From IMG/VR virus record IMGVR_UViG_3300025103_000140, positions 1 to 25,545 of that record: a stretch of DNA of 25,545 nt. The stretch is one strand, 5' to 3'. The notes below the pieces were generated by a model that searched no databases, was not told the origin of the DNA, and worked only from the letters and a program-made list of their open reading frames with translations. This document shows positions 1-8,411 of this stretch, piece after piece. Each line of letters begins with the position of its first letter. Within the stretch, counting starts at the first letter, position 1. Origin of the DNA: a virus. Its lineage: Duplodnaviria; Caudoviricetes. The position numbers were made by a program, and so were the translations under genes.

Positions 1-1
1 T

Positions 2-1585
2 GATATGGGCGATCCTGATTATCCAGGAACAAGACTCGATGGTACTGATGTACCTTGGACCTCTATAGCTGTTACTAGTGCGATTCCTGACACAGCTTTC
101 TTTGTTGCTGAAAAATATACTATAAATGGCACTAAGTCTACTTGGAATGTATATGCAGTAGCTACAGAAGAAACAGGGTTTGGATTAATACCATATACTA
201 TTACTGGTAGAAATAAACCTACACTTAATAGTACGCAATGGAACACCGATACAATAACAGCTGTGACTGCGTATACAGGAAGATCTTATTCTGTTATCAA
301 AGAATTAGGTTACGGTACTACTGTTGTTATTACTTATGACGATGGTAAATTGTACGGAACATTAAAGAAAGTATCAGGAGTGGCAACATGGGCAGCAACA
401 TCGTCATTCATTGACGGAGAGTTGCTACTATCTGAAACGGTAATAGCAGATAAGATTGCTTCTAATGCCATTACTACTGGCAAGATAAAGGTTTCTGGAA
501 CTGGTGCAGTTACCGCAGCTTATTTTGGAGCAGTAGCAGCAGCAGACGTAGCTACGGCTATTAATAATAATACAACTACTGTTGACGGTGCTAAGATTAC
601 TACTGGTACAATTGGCACTTCCAGTTTAGCTGCTAATGCTGTTACAACAGATAAGATAAGTGTAGATAGTGAGATACTAATCTCAAATAATGCAGGTCGT
701 ATTCGTTCTGGAGACATAGGAGCGGGAGGCACTGCAGGCACATTTCCAGCAACTTCAGCAGATATAACAGGTTCAGGATTTTTAATAGGAAATGACACTA
801 GTAATAGTGGTACTGCTAAGTTCTTATTCGGAAATGACACTCAAGCTATTTATTGGGATGGCTCTACTCTGTCTTTACTAGGAAAGTTTATAACAGACTC
901 GAACATTGCCTCTATTGATGGTAGCTCTGTATCCACTCAGACATTTAGAATCGGTAGTCAAGTGGCAATTTCAGACTGGAACAGTAACCATTCTGGATAT
1001 TACATATACAAGACACACATAAGTAGTGCAGAAGTAGGTAGAGCCTTATACTTTACGGTTAACGGAGATTCTAATCCAGTAATATATGTTAACGGAGCAA
1101 CTCCAGGAGCTAATGATTTAATGTATCGCAATCCAGATACAGAGGCTTATACTGGTACAGATGATTTTTATTCAGACTATTCTACCTCTGATTTTTATGG
1201 CATACCTATCTCTGATTACTCATTCTCTAATCAAGGTAACTTCTTTGTTCCTCAAGCGGCTGGACCATTATGGGTAAGATTTAGTACTAACTCTAATATC
1301 ACTTACCAAATATACGCCAATGGTATGAAAGAGTACCATACGGTTGAGATGTTTACAGTTTCTAGTGGGGTATCTACGGCTGTTACATCTAAGACATTAA
1401 CATTAGATAATACTTTTGAGAGTATAGAGAACATTCAATTAACAGCAAGAGCTGCTGAGGGCAATCCTTCAGCTGGTTCTACTCATTATGCTTCTAATGT
1501 GACGACAGGTTCATCATCAAGTATAAATTTTAACCAAACCACTGCAGACATCATCGAATTCGATGTTGTTGTTGTAGGATATTAA
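2..1585 (+). CDS. Tail fibre / tail tip protein, C-terminal part (5'-truncated by window edge)
   Basis: The reading frame is open to the window edge (codon 2-4 is GAT), so the ATG at 5 is probably internal. Thr/Ser/Gly-rich with I-x-x-x-A-I/V-T-x-x-K-I repeats (IASNAITTGKI, LAANAVTTDKI) typical of tail fibres. Ends in a beta-rich ...FDVVVVGY. Lies upstream of a fibre and chaperone. Confidence 0.75.
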   Translation, partial: DMGDPDYPGTRLDGTDVPWTSIAVTSAIPDTAFFVAEKYTINGTKSTWNVYAVATEETGFGLIPYTITGRNKPTLNSTQWNTDTITAVTAYTGRSYSVIKELGYGTTVVITYDDGKLYGTLKKVSGVATWAATSSFIDGELLLSETVIADKIASNAITTGKIKVSGTGAVTAAYFGAVAAADVATAINNNTTTVDGAKITTGTIGTSSLAANAVTTDKISVDSEILISNNAGRIRSGDIGAGGTAGTFPATSADITGSGFLIGNDTSNSGTAKFLFGNDTQAIYWDGSTLSLLGKFITDSNIASIDGSSVSTQTFRIGSQVAISDWNSNHSGYYIYKTHISSAEVGRALYFTVNGDSNPVIYVNGATPGANDLMYRNPDTEAYTGTDDFYSDYSTSDFYGIPISDYSFSNQGNFFVPQAAGPLWVRFSTNSNITYQIYANGMKEYHTVEMFTVSSGVSTAVTSKTLTLDNTFESIENIQLTARAAEGNPSAGSTHYASNVTTGSSSSINFNQTTADIIEFDVVVVGY

Positions 1586-1593
1586 GGAGACTT

Positions 1594-2247
1594 ATGGGAA
1601 TTATAACAGGAACCCCAGTCAGTAGTACAACATTAACGAGAGCTGCGGCAGCAACAAAGTTAACAAATACAGGAACCTCTAAAGCTAATTTTATCGCTGG
1701 TGTAGAGGATATTTTAGACACCCTTCTTGTTAGTTCTAGCTCTTTCTTGTATAGTAACATTGGTGCTGTTACCAACGCTTCTGTGACAGTACCTGAGGGA
1801 ATAACAAAGCTAATAGTTACAGGTTCTGGTGCTGGTGGTGGGGGTGGAGCAAGCGGCTCACACGAACAGGCTGGCGAATCAGGAGGTAAAGGTGGTTCTT
1901 GTATTGAACGACTAATCACTGTAGTGGGAGGAGAAACATTAACAATCAACATTGGTAGTGGCGGAAGTTGTCCAGGCAGTTGGTGTTCTTCTGGAACATC
2001 TGGAGGTGCAACCACAATATCTGGTTCATCTTCTGGAACATTACTAACTCTAGGAGGAGGTGGTGGTGGAACCTCTAGTCCTCCAGGAGGTTCAGGATCA
2101 ACAGGATCGGTAAGTGGAGGTTCTGTAGGTCGCACATCAGGCTCCTTTAGTAGCGTTTATAATGATAGTGTAGGAACAGGTGGTAGTGCTGGTAGTTACT
2201 ATAATGCTGGTGCAGGGGCTGCTGGTATGCTATTTATTACGATTTAA
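1594..2247 (+). CDS. Glycine-rich tail fibre-associated protein
   Basis: RBS AAGGAG at 1584-1589. The pattern TVPEGITKLIVTGSGAGGGGG...GGKGG...TVVGGETLTINIGSGG...GGGGGG...GAAGMLFITI is the Gly-rich domain common in phage tail proteins. Confidence 0.75.
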   Translation: MGIITGTPVSSTTLTRAAAATKLTNTGTSKANFIAGVEDILDTLLVSSSSFLYSNIGAVTNASVTVPEGITKLIVTGSGAGGGGGASGSHEQAGESGGKGGSCIERLITVVGGETLTINIGSGGSCPGSWCSSGTSGGATTISGSSSGTLLTLGGGGGGTSSPPGGSGSTGSVSGGSVGRTSGSFSSVYNDSVGTGGSAGSYYNAGAGAAGMLFITI

Positions 2248-2259
2248 CAAGGACTATAT

Positions 2260-2604
2260 ATGAAAAATTATTACAAGGTTGTGGATGGCGTTGCTACTGA
2301 AGGAGCGTTTACAACTTATTCAGGAGTGTCTGTTGAAAGTGATTGGGTAGAATCGGGTGATAATGCTGGTATAGGTTCGACTTGGGATGGTGCCGTATGG
2401 ACACCTCCAGTAAAAGATGTTTCTTTAGAACAATTACGAATAGAAAGAGATAGACTTTTATTAGAGTCTGATTTCTCTCAGTTATCAGATGTACCTCATA
2501 CTGACGATGAGAAAGTATTGTGGTTAACATATAGACAAGAACTTAGGGATTTACCAGATGGGTACGTTCCTACTCCAGAACCAGTTTATCCTACTAAACC
2601 TTAA
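2260..2604 (+). CDS. Phage tail fibre assembly chaperone
   Basis: The motif LRIERDRLLLESDFSQLSDVP...WLTYRQELRDLP...YPTKP matches the tail-assembly-chaperone family. RBS AAGGA upstream. Follows the fibre genes. Confidence 0.85.
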   Translation: MKNYYKVVDGVATEGAFTTYSGVSVESDWVESGDNAGIGSTWDGAVWTPPVKDVSLEQLRIERDRLLLESDFSQLSDVPHTDDEKVLWLTYRQELRDLPDGYVPTPEPVYPTKP

Positions 2605-2613
2605 ATGGAATAA

Positions 2614-3048
2614 ATGATGTATGAAATAAAACAAATAGTTGGTGAGGATATACTCATCAGATATAACAATTTGAAACGAGAAATAAGTAGAGCTTTAAAA
2701 CATAGTGATGGTGAGTGGACAGCTGTTCAAATAGTTGAGGCCGCTATTAAGGAACCTATGATGTATCATATATGGGAAGTCTTAATGGACGGCTCTCCAG
2801 TCGCCATCGCTACTACAAGGATTATTACATATAATAACTTCACTTCGCTACACATTATAACTTTAGGTGGAAGTGAAATATACGAGGAAATGCCTTACTT
2901 AATTACTAAGTTTGAGAAAGTAATTAAAGAGTATGAGCATATTGACTATTTAGAATATACTGGTCGCAGGGGTTTTATCAGGCAACTTAATAAAGTTGGT
3001 TGGGAAGAAAAGTATGTGACTATGAGAAAGAACTTAAAGGAGACTTAG
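2614..3048 (+). CDS. GNAT-fold acetyltransferase-like protein preceding the internal virion genes
   Basis: 144 aa with LHIITLGG...LEYTGRRGFIRQLNKVGW, the G-R-x-G-W/F signature of small podophage GNAT-like proteins. Its position before the ejection proteins is like that of T7 gp13. Confidence 0.55.
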   Translation: MMYEIKQIVGEDILIRYNNLKREISRALKHSDGEWTAVQIVEAAIKEPMMYHIWEVLMDGSPVAIATTRIITYNNFTSLHIITLGGSEIYEEMPYLITKFEKVIKEYEHIDYLEYTGRRGFIRQLNKVGWEEKYVTMRKNLKET

Positions 3049-3756
3049 ATGTCAAAAATTAAAATTTATGATGGTGTAGTTATTGATATGGCTACGAGTA
3101 AAATAATTAGCAAAGGCAAAGCTACTTGGGTTGATTCTAAAGATGTTGCTTATACCAAAGGAGGAGGTTCTTCTACTTCTACTACTGGTTTTGCTCAAGA
3201 ATTCAAACCTGAAGTTAAAGCTATGCTTGGAGAAGGTAAGGGTCTTTATGATTCTGGGCAATTGGGTTCAGTAGCAGGGTTTAATGCTAACCAACTTGCA
3301 GCTCAAGCAGGTGGAGTAACCTCTGCGGGAGCACAAACAGGATTGGAAAATGCACTAGCTGCTCAAGCTAATGCAGGTGTAAATCTATCTGGTATGCGTT
3401 CTGCCGCTCAATCACAAGCACAAACGGCTCTTGGGCTGAATGCGGCTGGTGCAGGCCGTGCAGGTAGTTTAGGCGGTTCTAGACAAGCCATCAATAGTCA
3501 GTCTATAGCTAATGATTTAGCAGCTAAGTTTGGACAAATAGATCAACAAGCACAAGCACAAAACTTTGCTAATAAACAGGCTGCATTACAAGCTCAAGGA
3601 ACAGGTGCGAAAACATTGGCTGGTATTGGTGCGGGACAACAGCAACAAGCACAGAATATTGCTGACGCTCCTTACAAGGGTTTGTCTCAATATGCTTCTT
3701 TGTTTCATGGGGTGGCTGATAAGTCTACTACTACGACACAATCAGGAGGTAAGTAA
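3049..3756 (+). CDS. DNA pilot / ejection protein (P22 gp7-like)
   Basis: Short leader then KGGGSSTSTT (aa 37-46), an Ala/Gln/Gly-rich helical body and C-terminal TTTTQSGGK. AAGGAG RBS upstream. Confidence 0.7.
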   Translation: MSKIKIYDGVVIDMATSKIISKGKATWVDSKDVAYTKGGGSSTSTTGFAQEFKPEVKAMLGEGKGLYDSGQLGSVAGFNANQLAAQAGGVTSAGAQTGLENALAAQANAGVNLSGMRSAAQSQAQTALGLNAAGAGRAGSLGGSRQAINSQSIANDLAAKFGQIDQQAQAQNFANKQAALQAQGTGAKTLAGIGAGQQQQAQNIADAPYKGLSQYASLFHGVADKSTTTTQSGGK

Positions 3757-4535
3757 TGAATAGTATATGGGGTCTCTCAAATCAACAACAAGCAAGAGCA
3801 GGGTTCGATGATACAGATGGTACGCCAATACACTATAGTCCTTCAGGTGAAAAGTCAGGTTCTTATTATTTTAATCAAGCTCAACAAGAATTAAATGGGC
3901 AGCCATCTTTTCATGGTAGTGATTACAATTGGAATAATCCAGGAATGGTAACAGCTGAGGAATACCAACAGCTAAGTAACTCTGATAAAGCCGATATAAG
4001 ATTGCGTGCCACAGAGATGGCAATGGAAAACGATGATATGCATACCGCAGGAACTAGTTGGGATGCTCACAACAGGGTTAAAAATAACCTTAATGATTTT
4101 AACTTTAATAAAGACACATATAAATATGAGCCTTATAATGACACTACGGGATTGACGCACAACGGCAAGCATTTAGCACCCGCAAGTGAGAGGGGAATAC
4201 TTAATTCAGGGGGATTTGGTGATATTATTAGTAAGGTAGCAGGTTTAGCTGTACCTTTTAGCGGCTTTAAATTTGGTACTAATTTTCCTGACATGATTAA
4301 TAATGCTATAGATAAATATACTGGTGTATCTGACTTTAATGTTGGTACCGCAATAGGTAACGCATTTACTCCACCTAGTAATGTTTGGACGACAGCACCT
4401 ACAACAGTAATGGATAGTGGACTAAGTGGTGTAGGTAGTAATGACAGCCCGTCTAGTAGTGGTAACACAACCAATAACTCTGGTTCTGGTGGTGGTATTT
4501 GGAATGATAGTTGGGGTGATGGAACTGAAATTTAA
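3756..4535 (+). CDS. Hypothetical protein, probable internal virion protein
   Basis: 259 aa. RBS AGGAGG and a TAATG overlap with the previous gene. Asn/Gly/Ser-rich with an amphipathic GGFGDIISKVAGLAVPF segment. Function inferred from position only. Confidence 0.6.
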   Translation: MNSIWGLSNQQQARAGFDDTDGTPIHYSPSGEKSGSYYFNQAQQELNGQPSFHGSDYNWNNPGMVTAEEYQQLSNSDKADIRLRATEMAMENDDMHTAGTSWDAHNRVKNNLNDFNFNKDTYKYEPYNDTTGLTHNGKHLAPASERGILNSGGFGDIISKVAGLAVPFSGFKFGTNFPDMINNAIDKYTGVSDFNVGTAIGNAFTPPSNVWTTAPTTVMDSGLSGVGSNDSPSSSGNTTNNSGSGGGIWNDSWGDGTEI

Positions 4536-4547
4536 AATAGGAGATTA

Positions 4548-5021
4548 GTGATGGGTTGGTTTGACGCTATGGATAAATATACTAAAGAACGCATAAAGGA
4601 AGATAGGATTAAAGAAATCCTAGCAAGAAAAGAAAAAAGTAGAGGACCGTTAGGAACACAAAGTGTTTATGGTCTTGGTCCAGAATATTGGGCAAATATG
4701 TCAGAAGAAAATAGAAGAAAATTCTTTAATCCAGATATGTTAGAGTTTATGGACCCTAATGAGTATTTTCAAATTATGCCTGAAGATCATCCTAAAAGAA
4801 AAAATTGGGATAATATGAGTAGACGAGGTGGGCCATTAGCTAGTCAACCTAAGTGGACAGAAGATAAGTTTGCACCTAAAAGTTCTTGGTTATCTTGGGC
4901 AGAAAGGAGTTCGGATGCTCCCGCTATAGAAGTTCATGAGGGTCCTAATGTTAATCGTGGTGTTAAACGAAATCCAGTACACCCTGATTTGCCTTGGTAT
5001 AGAATTAAAGTAGATTTTTAG
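4548..5021 (+). CDS. Hypothetical protein (start GTG 4548 or ATG 4551)
   Basis: 157-aa ORF with AGGAG RBS in a tightly packed operon. No recognisable family. Confidence 0.6.
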   Translation: MMGWFDAMDKYTKERIKEDRIKEILARKEKSRGPLGTQSVYGLGPEYWANMSEENRRKFFNPDMLEFMDPNEYFQIMPEDHPKRKNWDNMSRRGGPLASQPKWTEDKFAPKSSWLSWAERSSDAPAIEVHEGPNVNRGVKRNPVHPDLPWYRIKVDF

Positions 5022-5029
5022 GAGAAAAA

Positions 5030-5413
5030 ATGAATGGTATATACAGTCCAAGAAAAATATGGGATAAAGAATATTTTACTCAAAAAATGACAGCTCCTAA
5101 AGCAGCACAAATACAAAAAGGTTTTTGGGAAAGAATGGGTCCAACAATAGCAGGTGCATTTGCTAATGCTGTTGTTCCAGGTAGTGGAGGAATAGCTCAA
5201 GCCGCTGTTAGTGGACCAGAACCTATTACAGCAGAAGCTCCAACTAATGCTGTTTCAGGAATGCAAACAAATACAGAGCCTGTTAACATAGCAGGAAATA
5301 CAACAATGACACGAGGACCTTTGGGTCAAATTGGTCAATTTAATAATCAATATAATAAACCTTTTGATAATGAAGAGTATATGAGAAGGTTCGGAGGATT
5401 TAATTATGCCTAA
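5030..5413 (+). CDS. Hypothetical protein, probable internal virion protein
   Basis: 127 aa, AGGAG RBS. Contains GFWERMGPTIAGAFANAVVPGSGGIAQAAVSG, a Gly/Ala hydrophobic stretch typical of ejection proteins. Confidence 0.6.
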   Translation: MNGIYSPRKIWDKEYFTQKMTAPKAAQIQKGFWERMGPTIAGAFANAVVPGSGGIAQAAVSGPEPITAEAPTNAVSGMQTNTEPVNIAGNTTMTRGPLGQIGQFNNQYNKPFDNEEYMRRFGGFNYA

Positions 5414-6182
5414 TATATGGAGTGGAGCAAACTGGACGGAAGGAAAAATGCCAGCAGGACATGGTAATCCAGGAACACCAGAAATTAAGAAAGACTGGTG
5501 GGAAGAAGGAGCAGCTGCAGCAATAACTGCAGGAGCACCAAAACTATTTGATTACATTGTAAAACCTACAAAAGTAGGAACTGCTGGAGGTATGATACAA
5601 GAACGAGCAGCTCCTCCAGATCATTACGGTAGATTTACAAAAGCAAAAAACAAAGCAGTTAATTCAATGGCAGAGCAATCAAATCTATTGGAAGCAACTA
5701 GAAAAGATTTCTTACAAAGAACAATAGATTCTATTAGAAATTACCCTGAGAGTCCGTACAAAGATTCTTCTGATGAGGAAATATATAACCATATAAAAAA
5801 CAATCCTGAAAGGTATTATAGCTGGTCAACAGGAGATGAAAATAAGAATCATTATATGAATAAATATCATACTGATCGGTTTACTAATGAAAAAGGTATG
5901 TCTTTAAATGACTTTATAGCAGAACGTAATAGATTAGATGAAAGAATTAAAAAATCTTCTAATGCTTATAATGCGTGGAAAGATCAACCAAATGTAGGAA
6001 AGTCTATTTATAAATCAAAACTTCCTGGATTTACACCTGATTGGTTAATGCCAAACTTACCAGAGAATTCTGTATATGCAAGAGATCTTAATAGATTAAA
6101 AGAAGAGTCTTCTACTTTTGATGACTTCAGCTGGGAAGATTTAACTAAAAAAGAGACATGGAAAAATTGGTTGGGAATGTAG
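5406..6182 (+). CDS. Hypothetical protein, probable internal virion protein
   Basis: 258 aa, GGAGG RBS, 8-nt overlap with the previous gene. No recognisable family. Confidence 0.6.
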   Translation: MPNIWSGANWTEGKMPAGHGNPGTPEIKKDWWEEGAAAAITAGAPKLFDYIVKPTKVGTAGGMIQERAAPPDHYGRFTKAKNKAVNSMAEQSNLLEATRKDFLQRTIDSIRNYPESPYKDSSDEEIYNHIKNNPERYYSWSTGDENKNHYMNKYHTDRFTNEKGMSLNDFIAERNRLDERIKKSSNAYNAWKDQPNVGKSIYKSKLPGFTPDWLMPNLPENSVYARDLNRLKEESSTFDDFSWEDLTKKETWKNWLGM

Positions 6183-6203
6183 TATTAAACAAGGAGAATA
6201 AAT

Positions 6204-8396
6204 ATGGCTGGATATAATCAAGGCAGTACATACACTGGTGGATATGATAACTATAAAGAATATATTGCTGAACTGATGGAAAAAGCCGCAAGAGAAAGCT
6301 CTACCTTTGATAGTGAAGTTGAAGATCCAAATAGTGAGGTAGTAAAACAAACAACTGAAGATTCTAATGGAACAAAACTTACTATTGAAAACAAAACAAA
6401 CAACCCCAAGTGGAGGGGAGAAAACAACGAACTAAAACTATCATCAGGGAAAGAAAAAGAAGCAGGAAACAATACTAATAACTCTTCTGTTTTTGATGTG
6501 GACGAAAGTGGATTTAAAAAGGTTGTCATGCCAAATGATACAGTAGTGAAATCAAGTGGTGTTGATGAATTAACATCTCCAGAAACAGATGCGTTTTGGG
6601 AGCAGGAGATTGAAGATGAGTGGGATAGTAGATGGAATACATACCGAAAGAAAAATGGACATGTAAATCTTCTACCTACTGATGAACTATTTAAAGATAT
6701 GTTAGCGGACGATAATTATTATGAAGTCCTAGAAGACGATGGATCCTCGACTTTTATACCAAACGCAGAAGCAGACCTATCAAAATCTTGGGAAGACGAC
6801 TTAGCAATACCAAAAAGTAATACAGAAACAGAAGAAGCAGTATTAACTGAACAGCAAGCTATAGATAGAAATAATTCATTAGCTTTCTTTACAGAATTAG
6901 AAAAGTTTGATACTAGAGAACAACATGCTATGTTAAGTGGTACTGTAGGTGAATGGATTAAAGAAAATCCAACTGATGCCGCATTATTAGGAATAAGTAT
7001 AATTCCAGTAGGTGGTCCTATATTATCATCATCAATTATGGTCGGCGGTAAAATTATTGGAACAGTGGCTAATGTCACTAAGAACTCTAAGTGGGGTAAA
7101 AAGATTTATGATATGCTTTTTAGGAAGGATAAGTTTTTAGAAGGAAGTAAAGAAGCTTTAAAAAGTACACAGAGGAAACTAGCCTTAGCAAGAGAAGCAA
7201 AAAGGAAAGCTAAAGAAGTTTTAAGAAGGGCAGAACAAGCTTTAAAAAACACTAAAGCAAAACCAGGTTCTAAAGCATTTCAAGATTTACAAAGAGCCGT
7301 AGAAAAAGCAAAGACTAATTTTTTAACCCATGGTAAAACCATAAAAAAATTACAGAGTAATATAAAGTCTTTTAAACCAAATAAAGTTTACTCTCCAGAA
7401 AAGATTACAGCAGGTGTTGCTTTGGGCACTCTAGGTATTAAAAGTTTATTTGATGATGAGCCAGAAGATAAAACCAATACAAGTAAATCTTCAGAAGAAT
7501 TTATAGAAGAAAATAGAAAGGATGAATTAGATTCTTTTAGTGAAGCTTTAGCTAACTTAAGAAAAGATAAAGAAAGTTCTACTATAGCTGATGCTGTACA
7601 AAATGATTCTAATGTTGCTAAACAGGTTCTTGATAATCAAAGACGTATTCAAGATGAATATGGTATGGAACTAGCTAAAGATTTATTTACTGTAGCTGTT
7701 GGAGCCCTATCAGGTTTTAGTCCTATGGAAATATTAGGAGCAAAAGGTGATGAACTTATTCTTGACCAAGCCCACGATAGAGCTATGGAACTTCAAGGAT
7801 TTAAAGATAGTAAAGCTATGGCAAGAGATAAAGTTAAAGCGGATGCAAAGAGGGATAAAGAACTAAGAACAACACACCAGTCTAATAGAGATAGTACCGA
7901 ATCTAAAATGATGGATATTATCAAACAAGGTGGTAAGAGTGGAGGTAATTTAGACTCCCTATCAAGCGAAGTCTTAGGTGCTTTAATGAAAGCAGATGAA
8001 CTGAAAATCGATTTTGGTGATAAGGGTGTACAAAGAGCCCTTGTAAAAGCAACTCAACAAGCTGTTGAAAAAGGTGGTTGGTTTGATAGTGAAGACGAAG
8101 AATCTGCTAGAGCAAATATTACTGGTCATTTCTTAGGTAATATGGCTATTCTTTCAACTCAAGGAGGAAGTTTAAGTAAAGACGGTTATGCTCTTAAAGA
8201 TGCTCAGGCAGTTAATAATGCAGCCTATACTAATTGGCTCTTCTCCAAACATTCAAAAGCAGAAATAAAAGCTGTTTCAACAGCAAAGTTAAATGAATGG
8301 AAAGAGATTAGGAAAACTAAAGGTGAGCAATGGATATGGTATAACAACTTTACAGGATGGGCTGTACAAAATCTGAAACAAACTGGGCAAATGTAA
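6204..8396 (+). CDS. Large internal virion (ejection) protein
   Basis: 730 aa, AAGGAG RBS. Acidic N-terminus, hydrophobic segments and a Lys/Arg-rich coiled coil. Positional analogue of T7 gp15. Confidence 0.6.
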   Translation: MAGYNQGSTYTGGYDNYKEYIAELMEKAARESSTFDSEVEDPNSEVVKQTTEDSNGTKLTIENKTNNPKWRGENNELKLSSGKEKEAGNNTNNSSVFDVDESGFKKVVMPNDTVVKSSGVDELTSPETDAFWEQEIEDEWDSRWNTYRKKNGHVNLLPTDELFKDMLADDNYYEVLEDDGSSTFIPNAEADLSKSWEDDLAIPKSNTETEEAVLTEQQAIDRNNSLAFFTELEKFDTREQHAMLSGTVGEWIKENPTDAALLGISIIPVGGPILSSSIMVGGKIIGTVANVTKNSKWGKKIYDMLFRKDKFLEGSKEALKSTQRKLALAREAKRKAKEVLRRAEQALKNTKAKPGSKAFQDLQRAVEKAKTNFLTHGKTIKKLQSNIKSFKPNKVYSPEKITAGVALGTLGIKSLFDDEPEDKTNTSKSSEEFIEENRKDELDSFSEALANLRKDKESSTIADAVQNDSNVAKQVLDNQRRIQDEYGMELAKDLFTVAVGALSGFSPMEILGAKGDELILDQAHDRAMELQGFKDSKAMARDKVKADAKRDKELRTTHQSNRDSTESKMMDIIKQGGKSGGNLDSLSSEVLGALMKADELKIDFGDKGVQRALVKATQQAVEKGGWFDSEDEESARANITGHFLGNMAILSTQGGSLSKDGYALKDAQAVNNAAYTNWLFSKHSKAEIKAVSTAKLNEWKEIRKTKGEQWIWYNNFTGWAVQNLKQTGQM

Positions 8397-8411
8397 ACGC
8401 AGGAGGCATAC

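Noticed and set aside
1551-2135. 194-aa Pro-rich ORF on the - strand
   Set aside because: Antisense shadow of the Gly-rich gene (GGN codons read as Pro). It has no RBS and runs against the operon direction.
3046-3051. TAG immediately followed in frame by ATG (possible read-through or amber recoding)
   Set aside because: The downstream gene has its own AAGGAG RBS. TAG also ends the T7-like RNAP exactly at its expected YFFC terminus, and long ORFs are intact under the standard code.
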